From the NCBI GenBank assembly GCA_965219995.1, contig CBDCOX010000002.1, forward strand, positions 4,896,001-4,960,000: a stretch of 64,000 bases of DNA, read 5' to 3'. This DNA comes from Candidatus Latescibacterota bacterium. GTDB taxonomy: Bacteria; Latescibacterota; UBA2968; GCA-2709665. The first letter of the stretch is position 1. Every line of letters begins with the position of its first letter. Shown here in pieces: positions 1 through 8,041 of this stretch. Made by a program: the position numbers and the translations under genes. Under the pieces are notes generated by a model that made no database searches, was not told where the DNA came from, and was given only the letters and a program-made list of their open reading frames with translations.

Positions 1-1
1 G

Positions 2-985
2 GGAACGCCGTCGTACATCAGCGTGAAGCACCTGAACGCGCTGGTGGACCGGCTGAAGGCCGTATTGCCGTGGGACGACGCCGAAGAGGTGGCGTTCGAG
101 TGCGAGCCGGGCACCCTTTCGCAGCCGAAGGTAGAGGCCATTCGAGAGATCGGCGTGACCCGGCTCAGCCTGGGCCTGGAGAACCTGAATGACGGGATAC
201 TTAAGGAGAACGGCCGGGCGCACGTCGGCAAAGAGATCCACCGGTCGATGGGCTGGGTGAAGGCACAGGCGTTCGAACAGGTGAACGTGGACCTGATTTC
301 GGGAATGGTGGGCGAGACCTGGCAGACCTGGAAGGAAACCGTTCAGGGTACGATCGATCTGGACCCCGACAGTGTCACGATCTATCAGATGGAGCTGCCA
401 TTCAACACCACGTATTCCCGTACGCTATTGGATGGAAACGGGTTGACGGTTGCCGACTGGGACACGAAGCGCGCCTGGCATGCCCATGCGATCGACGCGT
501 TCGGTGAAGCGGGCTACGAGATTTCGAGTGCTTATACGATGGTCAAGAAAGGGCGACCGAAGCGGTTTGTCTATCGGGACGCGCTCTGGCGCAGCGCGGA
601 CCTGATCGGCGCGGGCGTCGCGTCGTTTTCACACGTGGGCGGGATACACTTTCAGAATCACACGCAGTGGGACCCCTACGTCGAAGCTTGCATGCAGGAG
701 CGGCTGCCGCTGAACCGGTCCTTCCTGCCCACCGACGAGGAGCGCCTGGTACGCGAGATGATCCTGCAACTCAAGCTCGGACGTATCGAGACAGCGTATT
801 TTCAGGATAAATTCGGTGTGGATATCCTCGAACGGTTTGGCGAAGCCTACGGGAAGCTGAGAGATTACGGCATGCTGGAATTCGATGCAACGGAGGTCAG
901 GATGACGCGCGACGGGTTGTTGCGTGTGGATCAATTGCTGCCGGAATTCTATCACGAGGTCTATCGGGATTCGAGGTATACGTGA
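2..985 (+). CDS. HemN/HemW-like radical SAM protein, 5'-truncated by window edge
   Basis: Frame opens at nt 2 with GTPSYIS (GGTPS motif); FECEP, GVTRLSLG, VNVDLISG and YEISSAY motifs plus HemN C-terminal domain. The CxxxCxxC motif would lie upstream of the window. Confidence 0.85.
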   Translation, partial: GTPSYISVKHLNALVDRLKAVLPWDDAEEVAFECEPGTLSQPKVEAIREIGVTRLSLGLENLNDGILKENGRAHVGKEIHRSMGWVKAQAFEQVNVDLISGMVGETWQTWKETVQGTIDLDPDSVTIYQMELPFNTTYSRTLLDGNGLTVADWDTKRAWHAHAIDAFGEAGYEISSAYTMVKKGRPKRFVYRDALWRSADLIGAGVASFSHVGGIHFQNHTQWDPYVEACMQERLPLNRSFLPTDEERLVREMILQLKLGRIETAYFQDKFGVDILERFGEAYGKLRDYGMLEFDATEVRMTRDGLLRVDQLLPEFYHEVYRDSRYT

Positions 986-1035
986 AGCCCTACGAAGACT
1001 TGCCGTCCTGAAAGGTCAGAAAGGAAGAACGCAAG

Positions 1036-2256
1036 ATGCATCGAATATCGTTATTGATTGTCGCGTTCCTGTGGATTGACGTCCCATCGGTTCGAGCGGA
1101 TTGGCCCCAATGGCTGGGTCCGAACCGGACCGGCATTTCGCGCGAGACCGGATTCCTGAAGTCCTGGCCGAAGGGCGGTCCGCCGGTAGTGTGGAAGAAG
1201 AACCTCGGCGAGGGGTTTTCGGGGATTTCGGTCGCGAACGGCCGCGTCTTCACCATGTTCGCCGAGGGTGACGATGAGTTCGTCATTTGTCTGAAAGAGG
1301 AATCGGGAGGCGAGATCTGGCGGTTCAGGACAGGGGGCGCCTTCGAGGAATGGCAGGGCGGCAACGGACCCCGTTCGCAGCCGACGGTCGACGGCGATCG
1401 GGTCTACGTCCTGGGCGCGGAAGGCTGGTTGTACGCACTGAACGTGGTGAACGGTGAAAGGATCTGGGCCGTGGACCTGGTCGACGGGCTGGGCGGGCGT
1501 TTTCCCCGGTTCGGCTTTTCGAATTCGGCTCTGGTGGAAGGCGATCTGTTATTCGTGGAGGCCGCCACCCGCAAGGGTACGTTTCTGGCATTGCGCAGGA
1601 CGGACGGCAAAGTCGTCTGGGCTTCCCAGAACGACGTGGCTTCCTATTCTTCGCCCATTGCGGTGGATCTCGCCGGCGCGCGGCAGGTGGTCTATTTTTC
1701 GGGTGACGCCGCGGTCGGACTTTCGCCGGTGGACGGGTCCCTGTACTGGCGGTACCCGTGGAAGACGTCGTACGATTTGAATATCGCAACGCCCATCTTC
1801 GTGCCGCCGGATCAGATCTTCATTTCCTCGGGCTACGACCACGGCGCGGCCCTGCTGCGAATCGAGGCGGGGAATAACGGGATGGCGGTGACCAGGGTCT
1901 GGGAGAGCCGGCGGATGAAGAACCACTTCGGCACCTCCGTGCTTGTCGGGGACTATCTCTACGGATTCGATAACGCCATCCTGAAGTGTATCGAAGCCCG
2001 GACGGGAAAGGAGCAGTGGAAACACCGCGGGTACGGCAAGGGGGCGTTGATCTATGCGGACGGGCATCTTCTCCTGTTGAGCGACAACGGAAGGCTGGCC
2101 CTGGCGCGGGCAACGCCGGAAGGATTCAAGGAAAAAGCCGGCGCGCAGGTGCTTACGGGCAAAAGCTGGACCGTGCCGACGCTGGCCAACGGCCGCGTGT
2201 TCGTCAGGGATATGCGTAAGATCGTCTGTCTGGATCTCAGGGAGGGCGGGGAGTGA
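1036..2256 (+). CDS. Secreted PQQ-binding-like (BamB-like) beta-propeller protein
   Basis: Signal peptide, DWPQWLGPNRTG N-terminal motif, repeated GxxxW blade motifs, SYSSP and WTVPTLANGRVFVRD terminus. Confidence 0.85.
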   Translation: MHRISLLIVAFLWIDVPSVRADWPQWLGPNRTGISRETGFLKSWPKGGPPVVWKKNLGEGFSGISVANGRVFTMFAEGDDEFVICLKEESGGEIWRFRTGGAFEEWQGGNGPRSQPTVDGDRVYVLGAEGWLYALNVVNGERIWAVDLVDGLGGRFPRFGFSNSALVEGDLLFVEAATRKGTFLALRRTDGKVVWASQNDVASYSSPIAVDLAGARQVVYFSGDAAVGLSPVDGSLYWRYPWKTSYDLNIATPIFVPPDQIFISSGYDHGAALLRIEAGNNGMAVTRVWESRRMKNHFGTSVLVGDYLYGFDNAILKCIEARTGKEQWKHRGYGKGALIYADGHLLLLSDNGRLALARATPEGFKEKAGAQVLTGKSWTVPTLANGRVFVRDMRKIVCLDLREGGE

Positions 2257-2283
2257 TCCGGCTAAATCATGAACTGAGATTTA

Positions 2284-2684
2284 ACATGGATATACAGGAT
2301 GGACAGGATAAAAACCAAAGGCGGGCAACCACACGGGTTGCCCCTACGAATACAACGTGAACGCTGTCGGATAGGATGAGTCGAATGTGAAACGGTAAAG
2401 ATGAAGTGGAAAGGACTCCAGCTCGATTCCACGGTAGATCATCCATAAGAAAGGTGCTTGCATGGAACATGTGATTGTTTTTCAGTACCGTTAACGTCGA
2501 AGAACCGCATCTGCGTGTTTCGATGCCGGCTCGTGCAGGCTCGTATTTTTGGATTTCTCAAATTTACTTTAATGAAATAAAGAAGAGACTTATAAAACGA
2601 AAAATCGTGTCAATTAAGTTGCGATTGAATTGGTTCAAGCCGTCTGTTTTTTGTTTTTATCCTGTTCATCCTGTCCATCCATGT
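2284..2684. repeat. Inverted 32-bp arms of 9-nt period (ACAGGATNN) bracketing ~340 bp of AT-richer DNA
   Basis: 2284-2315 acatggatatacaggatggacaggataaaaac vs reverse complement of 2653-2684 acatggatggacaggatgaacaggataaaaac; a further copy lies at ~25850-25880. Confidence 0.85.
2318..2348. repeat. REP-like palindrome (GGGCAACC-n-GGTTGCCC-CTAC; GTAG-type)
   Basis: aaggcgggcaaccacacgggttgcccctac; inverted near-copy at 39945-39970. Confidence 0.75.
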
Positions 2685-2710
2685 AAGTTTATGTTGAGAG
2701 AGGGAATCGC

Positions 2711-4828
2711 ATGTCGCGTATGTGCCGAACGGGTTTGGTGGCTGTCACTCTTCTGGGTCTGCTGGTAAACGCCTCGTTTGCCGCGGATGACAAGGCCGAT
2801 GAGGACGCCGGGGACGACCTTCCGGTCTATGCCGGTGAAGAGATCGTGGTGACGGAGAGCAAGGAAAAGGTTGCCACGATCGGTTCCGTTGCCAGCAAGA
2901 TTCCGGTACCCCTCAGCGAAACGCCCGCGAGCGTCAGTGTGGTCAATCGCGGACTGATCGAACATCAGAGCGGCGTGGTTCTCGGCGACGCGCTGCGAAA
3001 CGTCAGCGGCGTAAACGTGCAGACGGTGTTCGGCGTGACGGATTTCTTCGTGATTCGCGGATTCGACTCGCTATCGAGCGGGCTGGTGCTCACGGACGGC
3101 GCGTCCGAGCCGGAGGCCACGTTCTACAACCTTTACAACCTGGACCGGGTGGAGGTGCTGAAAGGCCCGGGCGCGTTTCTCTATGGCGCCAATCCGCTGT
3201 CCGGATCGGTCAATCTGAACCGGAAGCAACCCGTCTTCGAGCCCATGTTCCAGGCCAGCGGCGCTTACGGGCCATTCGGGAGTCTGCGCGGAACCGTCGA
3301 TGCGGGCTGGGCGGATCCCGCGCAGGGGTTGGCCGCGCGTTTCAACGGCCTCCGACAGGTCTCGGACAACTACCGTGACGACAAGCACAGCGGGATCTGG
3401 GCGTTGAACCCCGCCGTCACCCTTCGAAATGAAAAGACGACGGCGACGGCGAATCTCGAATACGTGACGAGCGAGTACAAGTCGGATTCGGGGCTGCCCG
3501 TGGCCGGCGGACAGCTGGCCGATGTGCCCCGTACCCGTTCCTACCAGTCACCGTTCGACGTTTCAGACCAGGAAATTATCCGGGTGCGGATGGATCTGCA
3601 GACCCGGTTGTCTCCCCGGGTCACGTTGCGCAATAAACTGTATTACACCGATTTTTCCTGGATCTCCAACGGCACGCTGTTCAACGGTGTGTTTCCCAAT
3701 GCCGCGGGAAGCCTGGATCTGATCCGGACGCTGCTGCTCCTCGACGACAGGCAGAAGGTGCTGGGCAATCAGCTTGAGTTCGTGTTTTCCTTTTCCACCG
3801 GACGGGTCAGGCATACGCTCCTGGCGGGTCTGGAACTGATGCGGTGGACGGACCGGTTTACGCTCGACGTCGCGGTCCTGCCGACTATCGATCTGTACCA
3901 ACCCGTCGAGACGGCCGCGCTCCCGCATTTCGTGGTACCGGACCAGTCGCGAGCGGCCGATGCGACGAGCGGCGTTGTTGCGCCCTTTGTCGTCGACCGC
4001 ATTGTGTTTTCAGATTTCTTCCACGCGTTCGTGGGCGGCCGCTTCGATCGGATACGGTACGACGACCCGGTCACGTCCACGTCGAGGGCGTTCAACGAAT
4101 TGAGTCCGATGGCAGGCGTGTCACTCAATCCCGCCGAGGACCTGACCCTCTATGCCAGCGCGGGCAAGGCCTTTGCGCCGCCATCGAGCCTCGTGGCGGG
4201 ACCCCGCGACGTCGAATCCGCCACGCAGTTCGAGGCGGGCGCGAAAAAGTACCTTGTCGACAACCGCCTGCACGCGTCTCTGGCCGTCTTCGATCTGCGG
4301 AAGTACGGCATCGGCATTCCGGATGAGACCGGCGTGACGAAACAGGACGGCGACCAGCGGTCGCGGGGCATGGAACTGGAAATGATGGCGCGACCCGGAG
4401 GCGGTTGCCACGTTTTCCTGACGTATGCGTTTTCCAATGCGGAGCTGACGCGCTTTACGGAGATGCTGGCCGTACCCACGCCCACCGGGATGCAGTTCCG
4501 GCACCTGGACCGGTCCGGCAACCAACCGGCCTGGTCGCCGCGTCATATTCTCAATATCTGGAGCGCGCTGGGCTTCGATAACGGGTTCGAACTGGGCATG
4601 GGCGCCAGGTACGTCGGGAGCCAGTTCATTGCCGAGGACAATCAGTTCGGCATCGGCGGGGTGCTGACGCTCGACGCTTCGGCGTCGTATACCTTTAAGC
4701 AGACGACGATCAGACTCAATGCCAGGAATCTGACCGATCGAGTATATGAGACACGCGGGTTCGGCGCGATGTCGGTGATCCCTGCGCCCCCGTTCGGTCT
4801 GTACAGCGCGATCCAGGTCGAGCTATGA
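2711..4828 (+). CDS. TonB-dependent receptor (siderophore-receptor-like)
   Basis: Signal peptide, EEIVVT TonB box, plug motifs ETPASVSVV, FVIRGF and DRVEVLKGPGAFLYG, C-terminal NLTDRVY barrel strands. Confidence 0.92.
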   Translation: MSRMCRTGLVAVTLLGLLVNASFAADDKADEDAGDDLPVYAGEEIVVTESKEKVATIGSVASKIPVPLSETPASVSVVNRGLIEHQSGVVLGDALRNVSGVNVQTVFGVTDFFVIRGFDSLSSGLVLTDGASEPEATFYNLYNLDRVEVLKGPGAFLYGANPLSGSVNLNRKQPVFEPMFQASGAYGPFGSLRGTVDAGWADPAQGLAARFNGLRQVSDNYRDDKHSGIWALNPAVTLRNEKTTATANLEYVTSEYKSDSGLPVAGGQLADVPRTRSYQSPFDVSDQEIIRVRMDLQTRLSPRVTLRNKLYYTDFSWISNGTLFNGVFPNAAGSLDLIRTLLLLDDRQKVLGNQLEFVFSFSTGRVRHTLLAGLELMRWTDRFTLDVAVLPTIDLYQPVETAALPHFVVPDQSRAADATSGVVAPFVVDRIVFSDFFHAFVGGRFDRIRYDDPVTSTSRAFNELSPMAGVSLNPAEDLTLYASAGKAFAPPSSLVAGPRDVESATQFEAGAKKYLVDNRLHASLAVFDLRKYGIGIPDETGVTKQDGDQRSRGMELEMMARPGGGCHVFLTYAFSNAELTRFTEMLAVPTPTGMQFRHLDRSGNQPAWSPRHILNIWSALGFDNGFELGMGARYVGSQFIAEDNQFGIGGVLTLDASASYTFKQTTIRLNARNLTDRVYETRGFGAMSVIPAPPFGLYSAIQVEL

Positions 4829-6102
4829 GTTCCGTCAACCCGGAACCGGAACCGGACGTACAGGTTGAATCTCAGCTCGCGCGCCTGCGGGACATGCTTG
4901 TCCCGGTCATGCGGGACAACGCGTTTTATGGAAAGAAGCTGGCGGGCGCGGGGCTGTCCGGTCCCGGCGACGTCCGGACCCTCGAAGACTACCGGCGGCT
5001 GCCCTTTACCACCAAGGCCGAACTGTCGGCCGACCAGGACGCACACCCGCCGTACGGGTCCAATCTGACATTTGAACTGGCGGACTACGTCCGGGTGCAT
5101 CAGACGTCGGGCACGACGGGCAGGCCCCTGCGCTGGCTGGACACGCGGCGAAGCTGGGACTGGTTCGCACGCTGCTGGCGCCGGGTTTTCGATGGCGCCT
5201 CGGTAACGGCTGAGGACCGTCTGTTCTTCGCCTTCTCGTTCGGCCCGTTTATCGGGTTCTGGACGGCCCACGAAGCCGCGCGGATGATCGGGGCGATGGC
5301 TGTCACGGGCGGTTCGATGTCGTCCGTCCAGCGGCTTCAGGCCATAGACGAACACCGGGCGACGGTCCTGATCTGCACGCCGACGTACGCGCTGCACCTG
5401 GCGGAGGTGGCCGAAGCCGAGGGGATCGATATCGCGGCGTCCAGCATCCGCGCCACGATCCACGCCGGGGAGCCGGGGGCCGGTCTGCCGGCGACGCGGC
5501 GGCGGATCGAGGAAGCCTGGGGCGCAACGTGCTATGATCACGCCGGCGCCACCGAGGTGGGGGCCTGGGGGTTCGAGTGTCGCGCCCGGAACGGCATGCA
5601 CGTGAACGAAGCCGAGTTCATCTGCGAAGTGATCGATCCGGATTCCGGCGAGCAGGCCGATGAAGGGGAACTGGTCCTGACGAACCTGGGGCGCGAAGGG
5701 ATGCCGGTGATCCGTTACCGCACCGGCGACCGCGTATCGCGCGCGAAGGGGACATGCCCTTGCGGGTCCGGGTTCCTCCGGTTGGAAAACGGCGTGGTCG
5801 GCCGTATCGACGGCGGGATCATCATACGCGGAATCGTCATCTACCCAAGCGCCGTTGAGAACGTCGTCAGGACCTTTCCCGAAGTGACGGAGTTCGCTGT
5901 CGACGTGTACCGCCGCCGCTCCCTGGATGAAATGGAGATTCGCCTGGAAGTGAAGGGCGCGGCGCCGGATTCCGTTGTCGATGCCGTGGCGCGGGAGGCG
6001 AGACGAAAGCTTGGGTTGCGTCTCGGCGTTCGTACGGTTGAGATGAACACGCTGCCCAGGTACGAACTGAAGGCCAGGCGGTTTACGGACCATCGTGACT
6101 GA
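4825..6102 (+). CDS. Phenylacetate-CoA ligase / F390 synthetase family adenylate-forming enzyme
   Basis: LPFTTKAEL, HQTSGTTG A3 motif, CTPTYALHL, AGEPG, YDHAGATEVG, IRYRTGD; ATGA overlap with the receptor gene. Confidence 0.9.
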   Translation: MSSVNPEPEPDVQVESQLARLRDMLVPVMRDNAFYGKKLAGAGLSGPGDVRTLEDYRRLPFTTKAELSADQDAHPPYGSNLTFELADYVRVHQTSGTTGRPLRWLDTRRSWDWFARCWRRVFDGASVTAEDRLFFAFSFGPFIGFWTAHEAARMIGAMAVTGGSMSSVQRLQAIDEHRATVLICTPTYALHLAEVAEAEGIDIAASSIRATIHAGEPGAGLPATRRRIEEAWGATCYDHAGATEVGAWGFECRARNGMHVNEAEFICEVIDPDSGEQADEGELVLTNLGREGMPVIRYRTGDRVSRAKGTCPCGSGFLRLENGVVGRIDGGIIIRGIVIYPSAVENVVRTFPEVTEFAVDVYRRRSLDEMEIRLEVKGAAPDSVVDAVAREARRKLGLRLGVRTVEMNTLPRYELKARRFTDHRD

Positions 6103-7390
6103 ATTTGCTCGGGAAGATCAGATGGGTTCAGATCCCTACGATGTCATTGTGATCGGCGGCGGCCCTGCAGGAAGTACGGTCGCGGCGCTGGTCGCCGTGC
6201 ATGGTCATCGGGTCCTGCTGTTGGAACGCGAGCGATTTCCGAGATTTCAGATCGGCGAGTCGCTGATGCCGGGGACCTACTGGTCGTTCAAACGCCTGGG
6301 CGTCCTCGAAAAATTGAAGAAGAGCGCATTTGTCAGGAAGTACAGCGTGCAGTTCTTCGGCGCTTCGGGCCGCGGGTCGGCGCCATTCTACTTCCATCGG
6401 CACGATCCGCACGAGAGTTCGGTCACGTGGCAGGTGCTGCGGAGCGAGTTCGACCGGATGATGCTGGAGAACGCCCGCGAAAAAGGGGCGTGCGTGAGGC
6501 AGGGGGCCGCCGTTCAGGAGGTCCTCTTCGACGGTGGCCGGGCCGTCGGGGTCAGGGCCAGATACGGCGACGGCAGCCTGAACGACCTCCCGGCCCGCGT
6601 GGTGGTGGATGCGACGGGCCGCAGCGCCCTGATTTCCCGCAAGCTCAATATCAAGACCGAAGAGCCCACGTTGAGGAAGGCGTCTCTGTTTACGCATTTT
6701 GAGAGCGCGTCCAGAGACGAGGGGATCGACGAGGGGGCGACCCTGATCCTGCACACGAACACAAAGGACGCGTGGTTCTGGTACATCCCGCTGGCCGGCG
6801 ACGTTGTCAGCGTCGGGGTGGTTGGAGACCTGGACTATCTCCTGCGGCATCGGGCGGGAACGCACCAGGAGATCTTCCGGGAGGAGCTGGAGAGATGCCG
6901 GCCGATGCAGGAGCGGCTGAAAGGCGCCCGGCAGTTGTTTCCCATGAAGGTGACCAGCGATTTCTCGTATCGGGCCCATTCGGTTTCGGGTGACGGCTGG
7001 GTGCTGGTTGGCGATGCCTACGGCTTTCTGGATCCGGTGTATTCCTCCGGCGTGTTCCTGGCGCTCAAATCGGGCGAGATGGCCGCCGACGCGATTCACG
7101 AGGCCGTTGTGAACGACGACTTCTCAGCCGAACGGCTGGGAAGCTGGGGCGCCGCGTTCATTCCCGGGATGGAAGCCATACGAAAGCTGGTATACGCATT
7201 CTACACCAAGGAATTCAGCTTCAGCCGATTCCTGGACGCCCATCCGGAGTGTCTGGACGGCATCGTGGATATCCTGAGCGGGAAGATCTACATGAACGAC
7301 GTCACCCCCATCTTCGGACCGATGGGGAAGATGTGCGATCTGCCCGAAGACGTTGCACACTATGAAAAAGCAACGGAAATTACGAATTAA
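6095..7390 (+). CDS. Flavin-dependent halogenase-like (PltA/CmlS-like) FAD oxidoreductase
   Basis: GGGPAG Rossmann motif, FPRFQIGESL, FVRK candidate catalytic Lys, WFWYIP (WxWxIP), GDAYGFLDPVYSSGV. Alternative start at 6122. Confidence 0.8.
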   Translation: MTEFAREDQMGSDPYDVIVIGGGPAGSTVAALVAVHGHRVLLLERERFPRFQIGESLMPGTYWSFKRLGVLEKLKKSAFVRKYSVQFFGASGRGSAPFYFHRHDPHESSVTWQVLRSEFDRMMLENAREKGACVRQGAAVQEVLFDGGRAVGVRARYGDGSLNDLPARVVVDATGRSALISRKLNIKTEEPTLRKASLFTHFESASRDEGIDEGATLILHTNTKDAWFWYIPLAGDVVSVGVVGDLDYLLRHRAGTHQEIFREELERCRPMQERLKGARQLFPMKVTSDFSYRAHSVSGDGWVLVGDAYGFLDPVYSSGVFLALKSGEMAADAIHEAVVNDDFSAERLGSWGAAFIPGMEAIRKLVYAFYTKEFSFSRFLDAHPECLDGIVDILSGKIYMNDVTPIFGPMGKMCDLPEDVAHYEKATEITN

Positions 7391-7410
7391 GAATTGAGAA
7401 TTCAGAATTT
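7378..7410 (+). repeat. Heptamer tandem repeat (AATTNAG), left arm
   Basis: aattacg aattaag aattgag aattcag aattt; complementary to the tracts at 7559-7593 and 7980-8031. Confidence 0.9.
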
Positions 7411-7593
7411 AAAGCAGCTATTGGTTGCGTTTACTGAAAGATACCGGCTGTCTGTCCGAAGACGAGTTTGTTAGCATCCACTCACATGCTGAAGAACTTT
7501 GTCGGCTTCTCGCAGCGATTCAGAAGACCGCGAAGGACAAACGCAACGCCAAATCCTGATTCTTAATTTGTAATTCTCAATTCCTAATTCTAA
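7411..7593 (+). pseudogene. Duplicated 3' third of the four-helix-bundle gene plus a heptamer arm
   Basis: 7411-7568 matches 7833-7989 with about 7 substitutions and 1 indel; followed by (TAATTCT)-type repeats to 7593. Confidence 0.9.
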
Positions 7594-7612
7594 GAGGGAT
7601 TATGGAGACGAA

Positions 7613-7987
7613 ATGAAGGATGATAACATTGTTCAGGGTAAAGGCTATGGATTTGCAGTTCGAGTAGTAAGGCTCTATCAACACTTGTCAACGGTAAAGA
7701 GAGAATTCGTGCTTTCAAAGCAATTGTTGCGCTCTGGAACAGGTATTGGAGCCAACATAGAAGAGGCGATTGGCGGCCAGTCGCGTGCAGACTTTGTCAG
7801 CAAGATTGCCATTGCCTATAAAGAAGCTCGTGAAAGCAGCTATTGGTTGCGTTTACTGAAAGATACCGGCTATCTGTCCGAAGACGAGTTCGTTGGCATC
7901 CACTCCGATGCTGAAGAACTATGTCGGCTTCTCGCAGCGATTCAGAAGACCGCGAAGGACAAACGCAACGCCAATCCCGATTCTTAA
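7613..7987 (+). CDS. Four-helix-bundle protein (23S rRNA intervening-sequence protein family)
   Basis: FAVRVVRLY..LSKQLLRSGTGIGANIEEA..QSRADFVSKIAIAYKEARESSYWLRLL signature; GGAG RBS. Confidence 0.93.
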   Translation: MKDDNIVQGKGYGFAVRVVRLYQHLSTVKREFVLSKQLLRSGTGIGANIEEAIGGQSRADFVSKIAIAYKEARESSYWLRLLKDTGYLSEDEFVGIHSDAEELCRLLAAIQKTAKDKRNANPDS

Positions 7988-8031
7988 TTCTTAATTCTTA
8001 ATTCTTAATTCCTAATTCTTAATTCTTAATT
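7980..8031 (+). repeat. Heptamer tandem repeat (TAATTCT) x7, right arm
   Basis: attcttaattcttaattcttaattcttaattcctaattcttaattcttaatt; includes the stop codon of the four-helix-bundle gene. Confidence 0.95.
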
Positions 8032-8041
8032 GTCATTTCCC

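Noticed and set aside
2-985. Bona fide heme-synthesis HemN
   Set aside because: Family-level motifs only; the context is non-heme and the N-terminus is outside the window, so no gene symbol was assigned.
2267-2768. Small ORFs as RiPP precursor peptides for the radical SAM cluster
   Set aside because: They are largely translations of the repeat arms and REP, with no RBS or leader/core pattern.
7411-7989. Diversity-generating retroelement (Avd-like gene plus TR/VR-like repeat pair)
   Set aside because: Mismatches (G/A, T/C, A/G, A/C, C/G, T/A, T/C and an indel) are not adenine-specific, and there is no reverse transcriptase in the window.
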